A DNA stretch of 63,818 nucleotides, filler included, from Saprolegnia diclina VS20 (GCF_000281045.1; 4 parts of 2 records of this genome joined end to end with filler, not necessarily neighbours in it), one strand, 5' to 3'; positions 47,638 to 60,162 are shown, counted from the whole stretch's first letter. The notes: generated by a model not told the origin, from the letters alone. Translations and numbers: made by a program.

Positions 47638-48824
47638 ATGGAGGCCAGCAAGAAGCGCAAGCTGGGGTCGGGCGAGGCCGCGGACGCCCCGGCCCAAGAC
47701 GATACGAAGGTGCTTATGCGCCTCCTCGAGCCCTTCTCTCGCGACCAGCTTGTCGCCATCTTGGTCAGCGCGTACGTGCGATCGCTTGATGAGACCCCAA
47801 AAACTCATGGCATCCTCTAGGGCCATGCAGCACAACTCGATCTTGACCGAGATCAAGACCATGGCCAGCACTGACGTCGTGCACCGCAAGATCTTTGTGC
47901 GCGGGCTCCCGTGGGACATTACGAGCGACCGGCTACGCCTGCATTTCGTCCAGTTTGGGCCCATCGAGGATGCGATCGTGATCATGGACAAGGCCACGGG
48001 CAAGAGCAAGGGCTTTGGCTTCGTAACGTTTGCCGATATGGAGGCTGCCGACCACGCACTCCAGGCACAGCCCCACGACATTGATGGGCGCAAGTGCCCG
48101 TGCAATTTGGCGGCGACCCACGAGTCGTTGTCGTCGTCGCGGCAGCGAGCCGAAGCGTCGTACCAAAAGGCACCGCCGCCCGCCGCCTACACGCCACCGC
48201 CAGCGACGACGTATCCGCCGCCCGTGCCGACGCATGCGCCAGCGTTGGCAAGTGGCGATGCCGGGCCTCCGGGCGATGAGACGGACCGCAAGCTCTTTGT
48301 GCGCGGACTGCATTGGGACACGCAGGTCGAGACGGTCACGACCGAGTTTGCCAAGTACGGCGACATCGAAGACATCTCGGTCATGAAGGACCGCCAAACC
48401 GGCAAGTCCAAGGGCTACGGCTTTATCGTCTACCGGCACCAAAACGCGGCCAAGCGCGCGTTGGCGCAGCCCATGAAGCTCATCGAGGTAGGCCAGCGAG
48501 ACTCTTCGCGACGCTCACACGTGCTATTAGGGGCGCAACACACACTGCAACTTGGCGTCGCAGCCAACACGCGGCAACAACAACCACAGCGCTCCTGGCG
48601 CGGGCCACCACCACGCCCCGAGCCATGCGCACCACCCGCCGGGCCCGTACCACGCACCACCCATGCAGCCGGCCTACCCGCCACAGATGTACATGGTACC
48701 GCCGTCCTATGGCATGCCACCACCACCGTACGCCGACCCGGCCGCGTACGCAGCGTACCCGCAGCCACCACCCATGCCTGGCTACGGCTACCCGATGCAG
48801 CACCCGCCGCCGCCGAGACAATAG
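47638..48824 (+). CDS. Two-RRM RNA-binding protein (UBA2-like), 3 exons
   Basis: RKIFVRGLPW..KSKGFGFVTF; RKLFVRGLHW..KSKGYGFIVY; Pro/Tyr-rich tail. Confidence 0.9.
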
Positions 48825-48891
48825 GACACCTCCTTGTAGACTACGCACACCAATACACAACCGCATGACCTTTTACAGTCTCCGCGCGGTT

Positions 48892-50098
48892 TCACGCAGA
48901 AATGGCCTTGACGCGCTGGAACTCGTGCGCCTTGAGTTCGCACGTGGTGTTGTCGCAGAGAGGCAAGAGCGCTGCCTTGTCCATCTAATGAAGAGTAGGG
49001 ATAGGTAATGTCGGAGAGAGAGTACAGACCTTTTCAAAGAAGAGGAGTCCCGCGTAGCGCTCAATCATGTCGAGCGGCATGAGGAACGAGCGCAGCGGCG
49101 TCTTATCCGCAATGGCTTCGTTGGGCAACACAAAGCCCGCGGTCAAGTACTTGGCCTTGTCGCTCGTGGACGACTTGGTCGCAACCAAGACCACCTAGCA
49201 ACGCACCAAGAGGCCTCATTACACTGAGGCATGGAACATGAGTACCTTGAAAAAGTGCGTTGGCACGGCGACGCCGTTCAAAGGCGTGCCCAGAATCGGG
49301 TACGAGACGCGGTACCCGTCACCTTTTTTGTCCTTCTACAGTTCACGGTTCGCAATGTGAGTGCGAGAGGGATGAGAGAGTCGACCGTCGGCAAGAAGAG
49401 GGGACCGCTGATGACGTAAACGCCATCGTACTGGTTGGCCAAGTGCCGCACAAAGCCTTCCACGCGCGACCAGTACCCGCGGTTGAACTTGCCGACCTAC
49501 GCGGACGTTCAAATGAGACGAGATGCCACGAGTTGACGACCTGCGGCGAAATGTTGGTCATGAGAAAGCTCTCGTTCACTGCGACTTGGGATGCCGACAT
49601 ATCACCTACACATCGATGAGCGAGATGGAATGCAAGCAAGCAAGTGTACGTGCTGGCGCCAAGTGCCCACGGTCGTAGCCGCTGTTCTGGTACTCGGAGG
49701 GCGTCACTCGGAACGGCGGTGGCGTCGACGGGTCGCCCTTGAACGACGCCTTGACGCGGTTCACGTCCGGGCTCTTCTCAAGCGATGCCTTTGTTATGTA
49801 CTCGGCGACCCACGACGGGTTGCGGAGCCTATGGTTTCATCAGCCACGTCATTCTCGAAGCGCTGATGGTAGACCGGCGATCGTAGCTCAAGACGTAGCC
49901 TTCGCGGACCTTGACGTTTTGGAGTGATGGCGCGCCAAAGCGCACGGCTTCATGCACGGGCGCCACCGAGTCGATACTGTCGGCTGTCTGGTCGGGACGG
50001 GCATCGTCGTCCAGAAGGAGAAACTCGACGGCGGCCAGTGTCCCGGCGGCGCCAAGGGCAATGCCACCAAGGCCAACACTCAAGAGCCTACGATGCAT
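48892..50098 (-). CDS. NUC1: Endonuclease G / Nuc1 DNA-RNA non-specific nuclease, multi-exon
   Basis: GYVLSYDRR, GYDRGHLAPA, ESFLMTNISPQV, FNRGYW, VYVISGPLFLP, VPTHFFK, IERYAGLLFF. Targeting-peptide-like N-terminus. Confidence 0.92.
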
Positions 50099-51231
50099 CG
50101 ATTGAAGGAGCAAGTGAGAGCACTACGGACCGCTGCAGCGGCAGCGTCGTTGCGCGTCGTCGCGCCATTGCTTGCAAATCAACAAATACCAGAACCACAA
50201 ATCGACATGTGATTGGCCATATATCCACAAAATTTCAACCAATCCGTTGCGATTCACTGGTTGGGCACCACGGCGCTCAGTGCTTGGACGGCCAAATTCC
50301 TTTCGAAAACGAAATCGCCCATACTTTGCATGTCGATAGTACACATGTTTGAGAACACGAAACACCAAGTCACACGGTCGTGCGGTGCCTACAGCGGGAG
50401 AAAGGTCGGGCGAAAGTAGATGCCGAATTGTACTGAATTCGGCATCATGTGGGATTTAAATGTGGCATATGCCAGGCGTAAATGTCCGATGTGGTTGCAC
50501 ACACAAGCGGCACAGCTCAACGACTATAGTTGCCTCGGTACTATATATATATATGAACGTGTTCCGCGTTATCTTCATTATGACACAAAGACTTCGCATA
50601 CGTAGCGCTACGCCTGAATGCGTGGGAGTTGGCTCCAGCACTTGGTCGTTGGTACTAGAGAAGCTAACTTTATACCGCCCCTGTTCAATGAAACCCAAGC
50701 CGAAGCCGAGGTTATAGACGGTCCATTTTGCCTCACGCATCTTGCCATTCATGCCACTCGTAGCAACGACACGAGCTGTTTTCAGCCATCCAGCGGCAAC
50801 AACGCTTGATTTCGCAGCTCGTCATGCCCACGCCGCTGCACAGTGTCCATGCTGCTCCTCATTTATGTACAGAAACGAGGAGGCAGCAAGGAGCACTCTG
50901 TCGTTCACCGCTGCCAAATCGTGGCCGTATCGTCGCCCCCCACCTCGGACAGACAACTCGTGAATCATCAACTAATGAATCACCTGATGCTTTTGATAGT
51001 AGTATTGCCTCGCTGCTCCGCTGAGAGCGCCCTCTCGGGCCATTGCGGATATTACGTCCTTCCTCTTTGGACGCATTGTTCAATAGGCTGTAGTATGACG
51101 TGTCGCTCGAAGACGCAGGGCTCTGCGCGCTGCCTTAATCCGATAACGTTATATATATTGGCGTAGCTTGCGCTCTCAAAGCATGGCCTGTGGCCGTGGC
51201 TGCGCGATGCAGGACGAAACGACTCAAGATA

Positions 51232-54012
51232 TCAAGGATTGCGTGTCAGCAGCCACATTATTATCCGGATATCCGGTGGGAATCGGACAAGCCATGGCGC
51301 TCGTACGTCGGCGCGGACCCGCGGGACGATGCTAACGACGGGGTAGAGCCCCGAGGAAGACCGGTACTTTGGATCGAAGCTTCTCTTCCATGAAGTCCAG
51401 ACCTTGCTCTTGATGTACGCGTTCATTACGCTCGCTACCAAATCCTCAAGCGCATGTGCAGGACGCCCGAGGTCGACGCGACGCCCGACGACAAGGACGC
51501 ACTCGCGGTATGCGTATCGTGGCCCCATCCTCTGATTCAACCAAGCACGACAGGTAGCGCGCAAGCTCTTCGCTGTCGGCGAAGCGCAGCAGTACGTGGC
51601 GTTGCAGCCGTCAACGACCCAAACGTCCGAGGTCCGAGGTGCCACGTCCGCATCGACGCCAAGCTCATGGCTTGTGCCCCGTAGCCACCGCTGCTGGGCT
51701 TAACGCCCCATGCGATTCGAGCAGCGTGGGGACTCCGAGACCCCGACCACGTCGACAGCTTGCGCGAGCGCATTCGGGTAACCTCGCCGCCCTTTCCATC
51801 TCATCGCTTCATTTCTGCGACTCTCTAGACCTCGCTCCTACCCGACGTCGAGCGTCGCATCAAGGACAAGTGCCGGCTGCTCTGCGATGTGACGTGCCCT
51901 TTGCAAGGCGACGCGCCGTCGCTGCCGTTTGCGCTCGTCGAGCAGCTCCCCGAGACGCTCTCGGTACAAGACTCCACGGTCGACAACACTAGTACCAATC
52001 TGTCTCTAGGCACTCCAAGCCGCCTCAACTGCTCTCGAGAAAGAACTGATTGGGCTCGAAGAAGCCCACGATGTTCGCGTCCAGGAGATGGGGGCGCTCG
52101 TCGAGGCCATGGGCGCGGTGCTCCTGCGCACGATCCGTGTCCGTGACCAGTCGCCGTTCGTGACCAAGAAGATCGCCTGCCTCGAGGTACGACCGTCGAC
52201 GGCGCCAGCGCTCTCACCATCGTCTGGCGCAGGCGTACATTAGCGCCATGCACGAAAAGACTGCGCTGCTTACAAAGCAAATGCTCAATGAAACGTACAC
52301 GGAGCGGAAGCTCCACGCCCTCCGCGCCATTCGGTACCCTTCTCCTTGGCCAGGATGGCAACCTCCCTTCTCGGTAGAGAGAAGCTCGAGGGTCGATACG
52401 CCGCCGCGACGCAAGCGCAGAACGAGGTGGACCTGCCCTTGATCGGGCATAGCTCACAACCGTAATATTGTAGGTTCAAGCACGGCTGCAGCAGTACGAA
52501 CTGCTGGGGCCTGCGTTTGCAGCGACCGCCGACCAGTTCGCGGTCGTTCAGCGCAAGATTGCCGAGAAGGAGAAATGGATCGCTTCTCTCGATGCTTAAT
52601 GCAACGTACAAGAGCGTTGAGGAGGTCGACTCAAGCATGACGGAGCGGCGACGCTTGCATCGCATGGACGTCGTACGTGGCGCGCGCGTTCTCTTCACGA
52701 GCGCGGAGCTCGTTGTAGACTAACTGCGCTTGCTGGAGCTGTCCCAAGAGAAGTCTCTTCTTCTTCTCCATATCGAGGAGGATCGACTTGGTCTCTTGGA
52801 TCTCGCTCTTGGCCTCGAGCACCTTGGTCGCCCACTCGGCGCGCTGCGGCTGCAAAACCGCGTCCATGTAGCGCTGCTCCTCTTCGATTTGCGAGGCCAT
52901 GCTCGTAGCGGTCTCGGCGGACTCGATGAGGTCGGCTTGCATCTTGGCCGTGAACGCAGCCCACGTGGTCACCTCGGCAGTACGCGCTGCATCGACGGCG
53001 TCGAGTCGGGTCTGCCACGCTTGGCGCTCGGTGGATGCTGCTGCAAGTAAACTTGCGAGACGCTCCTTGTGCTCTTCGAGGGAGCGTGCTTCGTCCTCGA
53101 GCCGCCACAGCATCGCCGTCTCGTTGCAGCTCGTCGCTTGAAGGTCCATCTCGAGGAGCCGGAGGCGACGACCCTTCTCCCGCTGGGTCTTCTCCACGCC
53201 CGTGGTCATTTCTCCTCTAGGATCATGTGCTTCTTCGCGCCTGCGCTCCTTAGGTCTCCAGCACCGCGTCCATGGTCGCGTACCCGTCCTGGCCTCGGTC
53301 CATCCCGATCTTGGATTTCGAAATGACCGACTAAAGTGGCTCTGTAGTCGATCCAAGTCGAACGTTTACGACTAAACAGCCGTTCCGACCAATGATAACG
53401 CCGTTGACGTCAAGGGCAATGCTGGATCCCCGCTGCATATTGACAAGGTTGACGCTGCATTCTGGGCCGACAGAAGGTACAGCGCCACGTCCGCAAGCCG
53501 TCGAGCAGACCATTCCATCTCTATAAGCTGGCGGAGAGGGTCGAAGCGGCGTTCGTCGAAGTCGAATTCAAGTTGCGTACAGTGCACTGCTTGAAGGTGT
53601 TGAAAGCTTGAAGGAGCTGCTGACCACACTGCGACGCTGTTCCCATCACCTCTAGCCCGCCGTGTGCTGGCACCGCTGTCGCTCAGATGGATATTCCCTG
53701 CATATTATGCTGCATCGAAGCTGCTGCATAGTACATGCTGTCGAGACAGGAACACTCGCCATGTTCATCCGACGATACATCATGTAGCAGTGCATATTCC
53801 GAGGGATGAGACTGTGGCCTTCTGGCAAAGCCCATGTGCAGTTTGCGATCATGGCTGTGAGCTTGGAGAATAATTCGCTCCTTCATGATGGAGCTTTTGT
53901 CAGCTGAGGACACGACAGTTCGGACTGGCCGTGGACCACGTACCGTGCTTGACGTTGGAGGATGCTGATTTGATATTACTTGGGCACAGTGCCTGGAATG
54001 CTCCAAGAGCAA
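51232..54012 (-). CDS. Hypothetical multi-exon coiled-coil protein; boundaries uncertain
   Basis: Coiled-coil ORF 52631-53356 (RLEDEARSLEEHKERL..EAKSEIQETK) with neighbouring minus-strand ORFs. Exon chain not resolved. Confidence 0.35.
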
Positions 54013-54228
54013 TCTTCCGCTTCGAGCCAGCTGACGCGATCGCGACAGGCGCTGCCCATGTGGTCAGCAGGGAGTGAGCTTCAACCAATCCAGCTTCAGA
54101 GACAGCCGCATCTTGGCACCATTGGCCCGAAGCACGCGCCAATGCTCTGAACGCGCGCCTCTTGCTCCCCCGAGGATGCTCGCGCGATCCATTCCCATGT
54201 TCACTTTCGAATTTCCTCGCTGTGTAAC

Positions 54229-56979
54229 ATGCTTCCCAGCATCGCACTCCTGTTCTCTGCGGCTGCTGGCCTCGTGGCGGCCCAGGACGCGCCCGACCCG
54301 ACGTACGGCGGTGCGCTCTACGCCTTTACGGCCTACGCGTCGCCGCTCGTGCTGCCCGAGGTGCTCGACATGACGGCCGGCGGCTCGCTCAAGATGAACA
54401 TTGGCCAAGTCGATAGCCATGCGTGGGGCAACGGGATCCCGACGACTGCTGTCTACGGCTACGGCGTCGTCGGTCGTAATATGTCGCACCCGGGCCCGAC
54501 GATCCGCGTCAAGAAGGGCGTGCCCATCAACGTCGAGTGGTTCAACACGCTCGGCAGCTCGACGCACCTTCTCGGGCGGTACATTGAGCCGACGCTGCTC
54601 CGGTCGACGTCCGAGTGCTTTCCCAACTGCGGCATTCCGGTCATCACGCACGTCCACGGTCTCGAGTCGCCGGCGCAGTACGACGGTCTCCCGCACTACT
54701 CGATCTACAAGAACCAGTCGTTCAACGCCGTGTACAACAACAAGCAAGGCGCGTCGACCAAGATGTACCACGACCACGCGATCGGCCTCTCGCGCCTCAA
54801 CGTGTGGGCGGGTCTCTTTGGCCTCTACATCATCGAGGACCCTGCGCTCGATGCGTCGTACAACCTCGCCAACATGACCGACATCCCGCTCATGATTGCC
54901 GACAAGATCATCGACCCGAGTGGCAAGCTCCTCTACACGAGCGTCGTCACGTGTCCGACCACGGGCACGCTCTGGATGTCCGAGTCGTTTGGCGCTGTCA
55001 ACACGGTCAACGGCGTCGTCATGCCGTACCTCGAGGTCGGCCAGGAGATGGTGCGCTTCCGCATCGCCAACATGGCCAACTCGCGCCACTACGATGTGCA
55101 GCTGCCGTTTTCCGACAAGTGCAAGCTTATCGCGGTCGACTCGGGCTATGTGCAGACGCCGATGCCGGTGAACGCGTCGACGACGCTCTTCTCGCTCGAG
55201 CGCATCGAGGTCGTGTGCGACTTTACAGGGGTCGCCAACGGCACGACGTTCGACATCACGGACGGCGCCAACGACATTGCCTCGTCCTACACGTACGACC
55301 CGCGCATGCTGCAGGTCCGCGTAATCGCCAAGACCTCGACGCCGGGCAAGGCCGTGACGCTCCCGACGCGCATGACCAAGCTCAAGGACCTCCAAGCCTT
55401 GTACAAGTCGACGAACGGCAAGCTGCGGACAATCACGATCGGCGAAATGACCGACATGAACAAGTGCCCGACGCAGTCGATTCTGACGCAGTACGGCCAA
55501 GTCGCCAACGTCTCGACGATCACCAACAAGCTCATGTGCACGCGCGGAAAAGTCGAAAAGTGGCAGTTCAAGAACCCGACCGACGACACGCACCCGTTCC
55601 ATTGGCACCTCGTCAACGTCCAGTGCGGCCCGGACGACGACCACATCAACAAGAACGAGCTCAAGGACGTGTACGTGATCCCGAACGGCCCGAAGGAAGA
55701 CCGGACGCGCATCACGCAGGTGTGCTACGTGGCGTGCACGCCCGACGAGTTCCTTCTCGAGGGCAGCAGCCGCGCGGCGGACGACTATGGTTTCTCGACC
55801 GACGAGCCGTACCTCGCGCACTGCCACATCATGGAGCACGAAGACAACAGCATGATGGCGTGGTTTCAGCTCATGAAGGAAGACGACACCAACCCGATCG
55901 ACGACGGCACGGTGGTCTCGTCGACGCCCGAGCTCACGAACGCGATCATCTGGTCGGCCATCGGCATGAGTTTTGTCGGTGGCATGGCCACGACCTTGTC
56001 GGTGCTCGTCATTTCGATCCCGCGTCTCAATTTCATGGCCGGCGACAAGGCGCTCGCCATGACGTTTGCACTCTCGGCCGGTGTCATGCTCTTCATCTCG
56101 CTCGTTGATCTCTTCAACGAATCGATCACCAACTTCCGCAACGCGTGGGCGGTCGGGGGCTCGGAGGGCGTCGACCCGGAGCTCATCGAACAAGGTCTGG
56201 CGCCGCCCGGCACGGTCGCGCCCGTGTGCGACCCGACGTGCGTCGGCTACGCGTGGCTTGCGACGACGGGCTGCTTCTACGGCGGCATTGCAGTCATCTT
56301 GCTCCTCGAGATCATCGTGCACCGCGTGTTTGACTACCACACAAAGGACCTCGCGACGCTCGGCAACCATACCCACGACCACCAGGACGAGCACGAACTC
56401 ATGACCAACGCTGTCGAGGTCCGCACGCCGACGGGCAAGGGCCTTGATGACCACGACGATGGTACGCCATTGAGCTCCGAGCCGGACGACGCCGAGAACG
56501 GCGAGGCGAAGAAGACCGAGATGCGCCGCGCGGGTATTCTGACGGGCATCGCGATCGCGATCCACAACTTCCCCGAGGGCATCGCGCTCTTTGTCGCGTC
56601 GCTCCAAGGGCTCAAGACGGGCCTCGTGCTCGCGATCGGTATTACGTTGCACAACTTTCCCGAAGGCGTCGCGATCGCCGCGCCCGTCTACTATGCGACC
56701 AACAGCAAGAAGCAAGCGTTCTTCTGGACGGCGCTCAGCGGCATTGCGCAGCCGTGCGGCGCGTTCATTGGGTGGGCGACGGTCTCGGGCGGTGTGACGC
56801 CGCTGCTGTCGGCGGTCTTGTACGGCTTTGTGTCGGGCATGCTCGTGTGCATCACGATGAAGGAGCTTGTGCCGGGCGCGTTCAAGTTTGGCGGCCACCG
56901 CTTCCTCGCGTCGTTTGCATTTGGCGTCGGGATCATGGCCATCAGTCTCGTGATCCTCAAATTTGTCGGCAGTAGTTAA
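54229..56979 (+). CDS. Fusion: secreted CotA/bilirubin-oxidase-type multicopper oxidase + ZIP (ZupT/GufA) metal transporter
   Basis: 916-aa intronless ORF. Signal peptide; HVHG (54649), YHDH (54766), HPFHWH (55591), HCHIMEHEDNSMM (55819). Then ~8 TMs with ALSAGVML, a His-rich loop and HNFPEG twice (56563, 56650). Confidence 0.93.
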   Translation: MLPSIALLFSAAAGLVAAQDAPDPTYGGALYAFTAYASPLVLPEVLDMTAGGSLKMNIGQVDSHAWGNGIPTTAVYGYGVVGRNMSHPGPTIRVKKGVPINVEWFNTLGSSTHLLGRYIEPTLLRSTSECFPNCGIPVITHVHGLESPAQYDGLPHYSIYKNQSFNAVYNNKQGASTKMYHDHAIGLSRLNVWAGLFGLYIIEDPALDASYNLANMTDIPLMIADKIIDPSGKLLYTSVVTCPTTGTLWMSESFGAVNTVNGVVMPYLEVGQEMVRFRIANMANSRHYDVQLPFSDKCKLIAVDSGYVQTPMPVNASTTLFSLERIEVVCDFTGVANGTTFDITDGANDIASSYTYDPRMLQVRVIAKTSTPGKAVTLPTRMTKLKDLQALYKSTNGKLRTITIGEMTDMNKCPTQSILTQYGQVANVSTITNKLMCTRGKVEKWQFKNPTDDTHPFHWHLVNVQCGPDDDHINKNELKDVYVIPNGPKEDRTRITQVCYVACTPDEFLLEGSSRAADDYGFSTDEPYLAHCHIMEHEDNSMMAWFQLMKEDDTNPIDDGTVVSSTPELTNAIIWSAIGMSFVGGMATTLSVLVISIPRLNFMAGDKALAMTFALSAGVMLFISLVDLFNESITNFRNAWAVGGSEGVDPELIEQGLAPPGTVAPVCDPTCVGYAWLATTGCFYGGIAVILLLEIIVHRVFDYHTKDLATLGNHTHDHQDEHELMTNAVEVRTPTGKGLDDHDDGTPLSSEPDDAENGEAKKTEMRRAGILTGIAIAIHNFPEGIALFVASLQGLKTGLVLAIGITLHNFPEGVAIAAPVYYATNSKKQAFFWTALSGIAQPCGAFIGWATVSGGVTPLLSAVLYGFVSGMLVCITMKELVPGAFKFGGHRFLASFAFGVGIMAISLVILKFVGSS

Positions 56980-57229
56980 AAGTACCCAAGTATATTGCCT
57001 TGACTTTTCAAGTGGACTGTTTGTTGTTGTGCGCGCGAGATCTTGGATCTTTCGGCGATAAAAGTTGAAGGTTGACAGCGCACGATTCTATTGGCCAAAC
57101 ATTCCAGGCATTTCGACCAATCCGATGGCATCGCACTTGGCGTGTGCGGCTGCAAAGCTGCTTGCAACGCAAAAGACCATCGGAAAATGAAATGGCTGCC
57201 ACTCGGCCTCACGACAGAGCACACTTTGA

Positions 57230-57665
57230 AGAGCACAAAATGCTACGTCCTGCGCTCGTTGGACGCGCAGAGCAGAATTTACGCGTCGTCCAATATTTAT
57301 TTGTGGTATACGCCATGCTTACCCACATATACCACATTTAGTCGGATGCCGCCGATCCTCATCGAACTTTTGACGGCCTCGATGGTGCCGTATGAGTATC
57401 CAAGATACGGTGGGTTCACTGACCTGTACATGAACCATTACTTGGCCTCACTCGCAGGACGTGATCTTGGGAGTAGGCATCCCCGTCCGTACCCGTTCGA
57501 AGCACTGCACCATCAACAGTAGCAAGTGTGCAATATATTTGGTCGTATTTAGCTACGCGAGCGCATGCACGTTGGTAATCTTGCGCATCTTCCAGTACAA
57601 GTCACAGAGCTGGGCTTCGATCGCAAGCAGGGCCACCAGCAGTTGCCGTGCTTCGACCGCACAGA
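57230..57665. repeat. Copy 1 of a ~435-bp inverted duplication (partner 61753-62186)
   Basis: Reverse complement of 61753-62186 with scattered substitutions and small indels. Confidence 0.92.
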
Positions 57666-60162
57666 TCCGACGCGGTGCGAAGAGGTCCGCGTACGATTCG
57701 TAAGCGTGTGTCCACTTGGCTTCAAGGTGCAAGAGCGCCTCGTAGCAGCCTGCAGCGACGCACAACGCGTGCGCGGCCTTGGCGTCACCCACTGCCGGCG
57801 GCAGCTTGCTCAAGACACTGGCGCGCACCTACCAGGAAAAGGCAACTTCAAAACCTCACTGATGCGGCAACACAGTACGAAGCTCAGATCGCTTGCGTCC
57901 GAAACACCCAACGTCAGCAGCACTTGGCGCTCAACGTGGTCGGCCACAAGCACCACAACATTCTCCGAGTTGACGCGGACCCCGAGCACCGCACGCGCGC
58001 CATCAAGCACAATGGGGTCCCCGAGCTGCAGATTCGACAAACAAGTGGCGGCGGCATGTTCGCCACGCGGTACCGAAAGATGCAGTGACCACAAAAGCGG
58101 CGCCGAAGGCGGCAGCGCCATCGGGGCGTCAAGCATCGCCGCAGGGGCCCACAGACTGCGCGGAGACGGCGCCCCGGGGCGCGGTACGTAGAGCTGCTTG
58201 AGCATCGCAGCGCTAAGCTGGGATTGCCGGGGTACGCCGGGCCACGGCGTGGCTTGTGCAAGCAGATGCACGTCTACTGTGCCAAGAGGCAGCAATAGCG
58301 GGTCTTTGCTCTCGACTAAAAACACCAAACGACACGTGACGCGAAGCAGCGAGTGGGAAACCACGGGCAACTGCGCAGACCAAGACGACTGAAGGGACGG
58401 CGGACAGGGCACACTAAACTCGCTCAAGTCACCGCTGTAGGTGCCGTGCGACACCGTCACATGCAGCACCCTACAGCCCCACGGTCACACCAACAACAGC
58501 ATCATAGCAGGTACTACCATTGCTCCAAGGACACAGCGCCGTGGGTCGATTCGAGCGTGACGCGAATCAATAGGTCTTCGCTTGATGCGCTGCAAAGACC
58601 AAGCGACGGCTCGTGACGCCGACGCGTCGTCACCGCGCATGTTACGACGCTGGCGATACCTGCATAGCACGCTCGAGGTGTTCTGACGACAGAAGATATG
58701 CCAACCGTGAGCTTGAACACGCTGGAGAAGACGTAACGCCGCTTCGAGGTTCGTCAAGGACCGGTCCAGGGCCTTGGAGACGATGAGAAGCGAGGCTTTG
58801 GCATCGGCGGCAGCCTGGATCGCGTTCAGCTGTGTTTTGATCGAGCGGTCCGTGCCGGCGCGACGGTACATGCCCACTTTGCCGTAGCCTACGTAGTCAT
58901 TCCATTCTAGTCTCTATTTGTTTTGAAGATTGGCGGACCTTCGTGCAGGGGCGCAACGGCCATCGACGGTGGCAGCGTCAGCACCAGAAGTTGGCCGGTG
59001 CTCCCCAAGCACGTCACGGTGCTCTCGCCATGGCTGCAAAGCGCAACGACGTCCTACTCAGCGCCACGTAAGCCTTGTTCGCAGAACACGTGCGCTACGG
59101 GTGGCAGCGGCAGAGCGAGGGGCGACTGCAGCGCGTCATTTGTGACGGGGCGCGCCCACAGAGCGCCGTCCAATGTACAGTACACCAGCGCCAAGCACCC
59201 AGGCACGTACACAATACCCTGGGTCACTGGTCCCTTCGAGGATATTGTGCTCGGCTGCGTGAGTAGACTCGTGTTGCCACTGGCGTCTGCAATCGCAAGA
59301 CCAGCATTCATCACCACAATGCCTTGTATCGCGGAGGACGCTTCGTGCAATGTCCCAGTGCAGAGCACCGCACGCGCAGCACTGAGCACTGCGAAGCGCA
59401 CAGAGCCGTCGCAGTCGCCCTGAAGCAGAACGTACTGGGCCGTCTCGGGCGCCTTCATCCGGGCGAGAAGCCAGCGGCTGAGGCGGGCCGCGGGCCGCGC
59501 GACGAGACACGTCGACTGGTCGCCTTCGAGTTCCTCGAGCTCCACCGGCGCATGCGGGCTCGAAAAGACGGTTGTGGGAAAGATGTTGCTCGTCGCTGCA
59601 AAGGTAGATGCGTCGATGGCGCAGAGCGACTGTACACCCGGCAGACACGCGATCGGTGCGGCCGATATGCTCGCGGCCGACCGCCGGTGCTTGGCTCCGA
59701 GAGGCTCGTCGATAAGAAGGTCCTGCGCTGAGCTACAGCTATCAATGGGCTATCTATATCGCTCGTAAGGATCGCGTACTCTGGTGCGCGGGCGAGCGTG
59801 ATGGTGCAAAGCGGTTGGCCGGCGGTGGGCTTGGCCACGGACCATATATGGCCTGTTGCGGTTGCTACGAGGAGCGCATCTACGAAGCCATGAGTGCAAT
59901 GAGCCATGGCGATGAGATGCCCGACCTTCCAGGATCTCGACGGCCACAATGGCGGCGGGCGCCTTGAGAACGGTCTACAAGATAGCCATGGCATGACGAC
60001 GACGCCTCCATGTAGAGCTGCGTGTACGTGAACGCGGCCATCGAGAATGCAGTGGAGAAGACGTGGCGTCACGCAGGCAGCGACGAGCCCGTCCTTGGCG
60101 CAGAGTCGCGCTGCTCGACGGTCGGCGACGCGGGCGAGCCGAGCGCTTCGAGCAACTTGCAT
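57553..60162 (-). CDS. FAAP100/FANCB-like protein (beta-propeller, coiled coil, beta-sandwich, helical tail), multi-exon
   Basis: Propeller-like LLVATATGHIW, VLLQGDCDGSVRF, YCTLDGALW; coil IKTQLNAIQ..LTNLEAALRLL; beta-rich LLRVTCRLVF; C-terminal LCDLYWKMRK. The assignment rests on architecture only. Confidence 0.5.

Noticed and set aside
54064..56898. 944-aa antisense ORF (likewise 40753-42798, 18290-19474, 19523-20815, 12411-13562)
   Set aside because: Shadow ORFs of high-GC3 genes on the opposite strand, with no motifs.
427..56979. ATX1 plus MCO-ZIP as a copper gene cluster
   Set aside because: They are 54 kb apart with unrelated genes and gaps between them, so the linkage is uninformative.
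57091..57522. 143-aa plus-strand ORF in the duplicated segment
   Set aside because: The second copy has an indel and a stop in this frame, and there is no recognisable domain.
26794..60162. DNA-repair cluster (CtIP, EndoG, FAAP100-like)
   Set aside because: The genes are dispersed among unrelated genes, consistent with chance.
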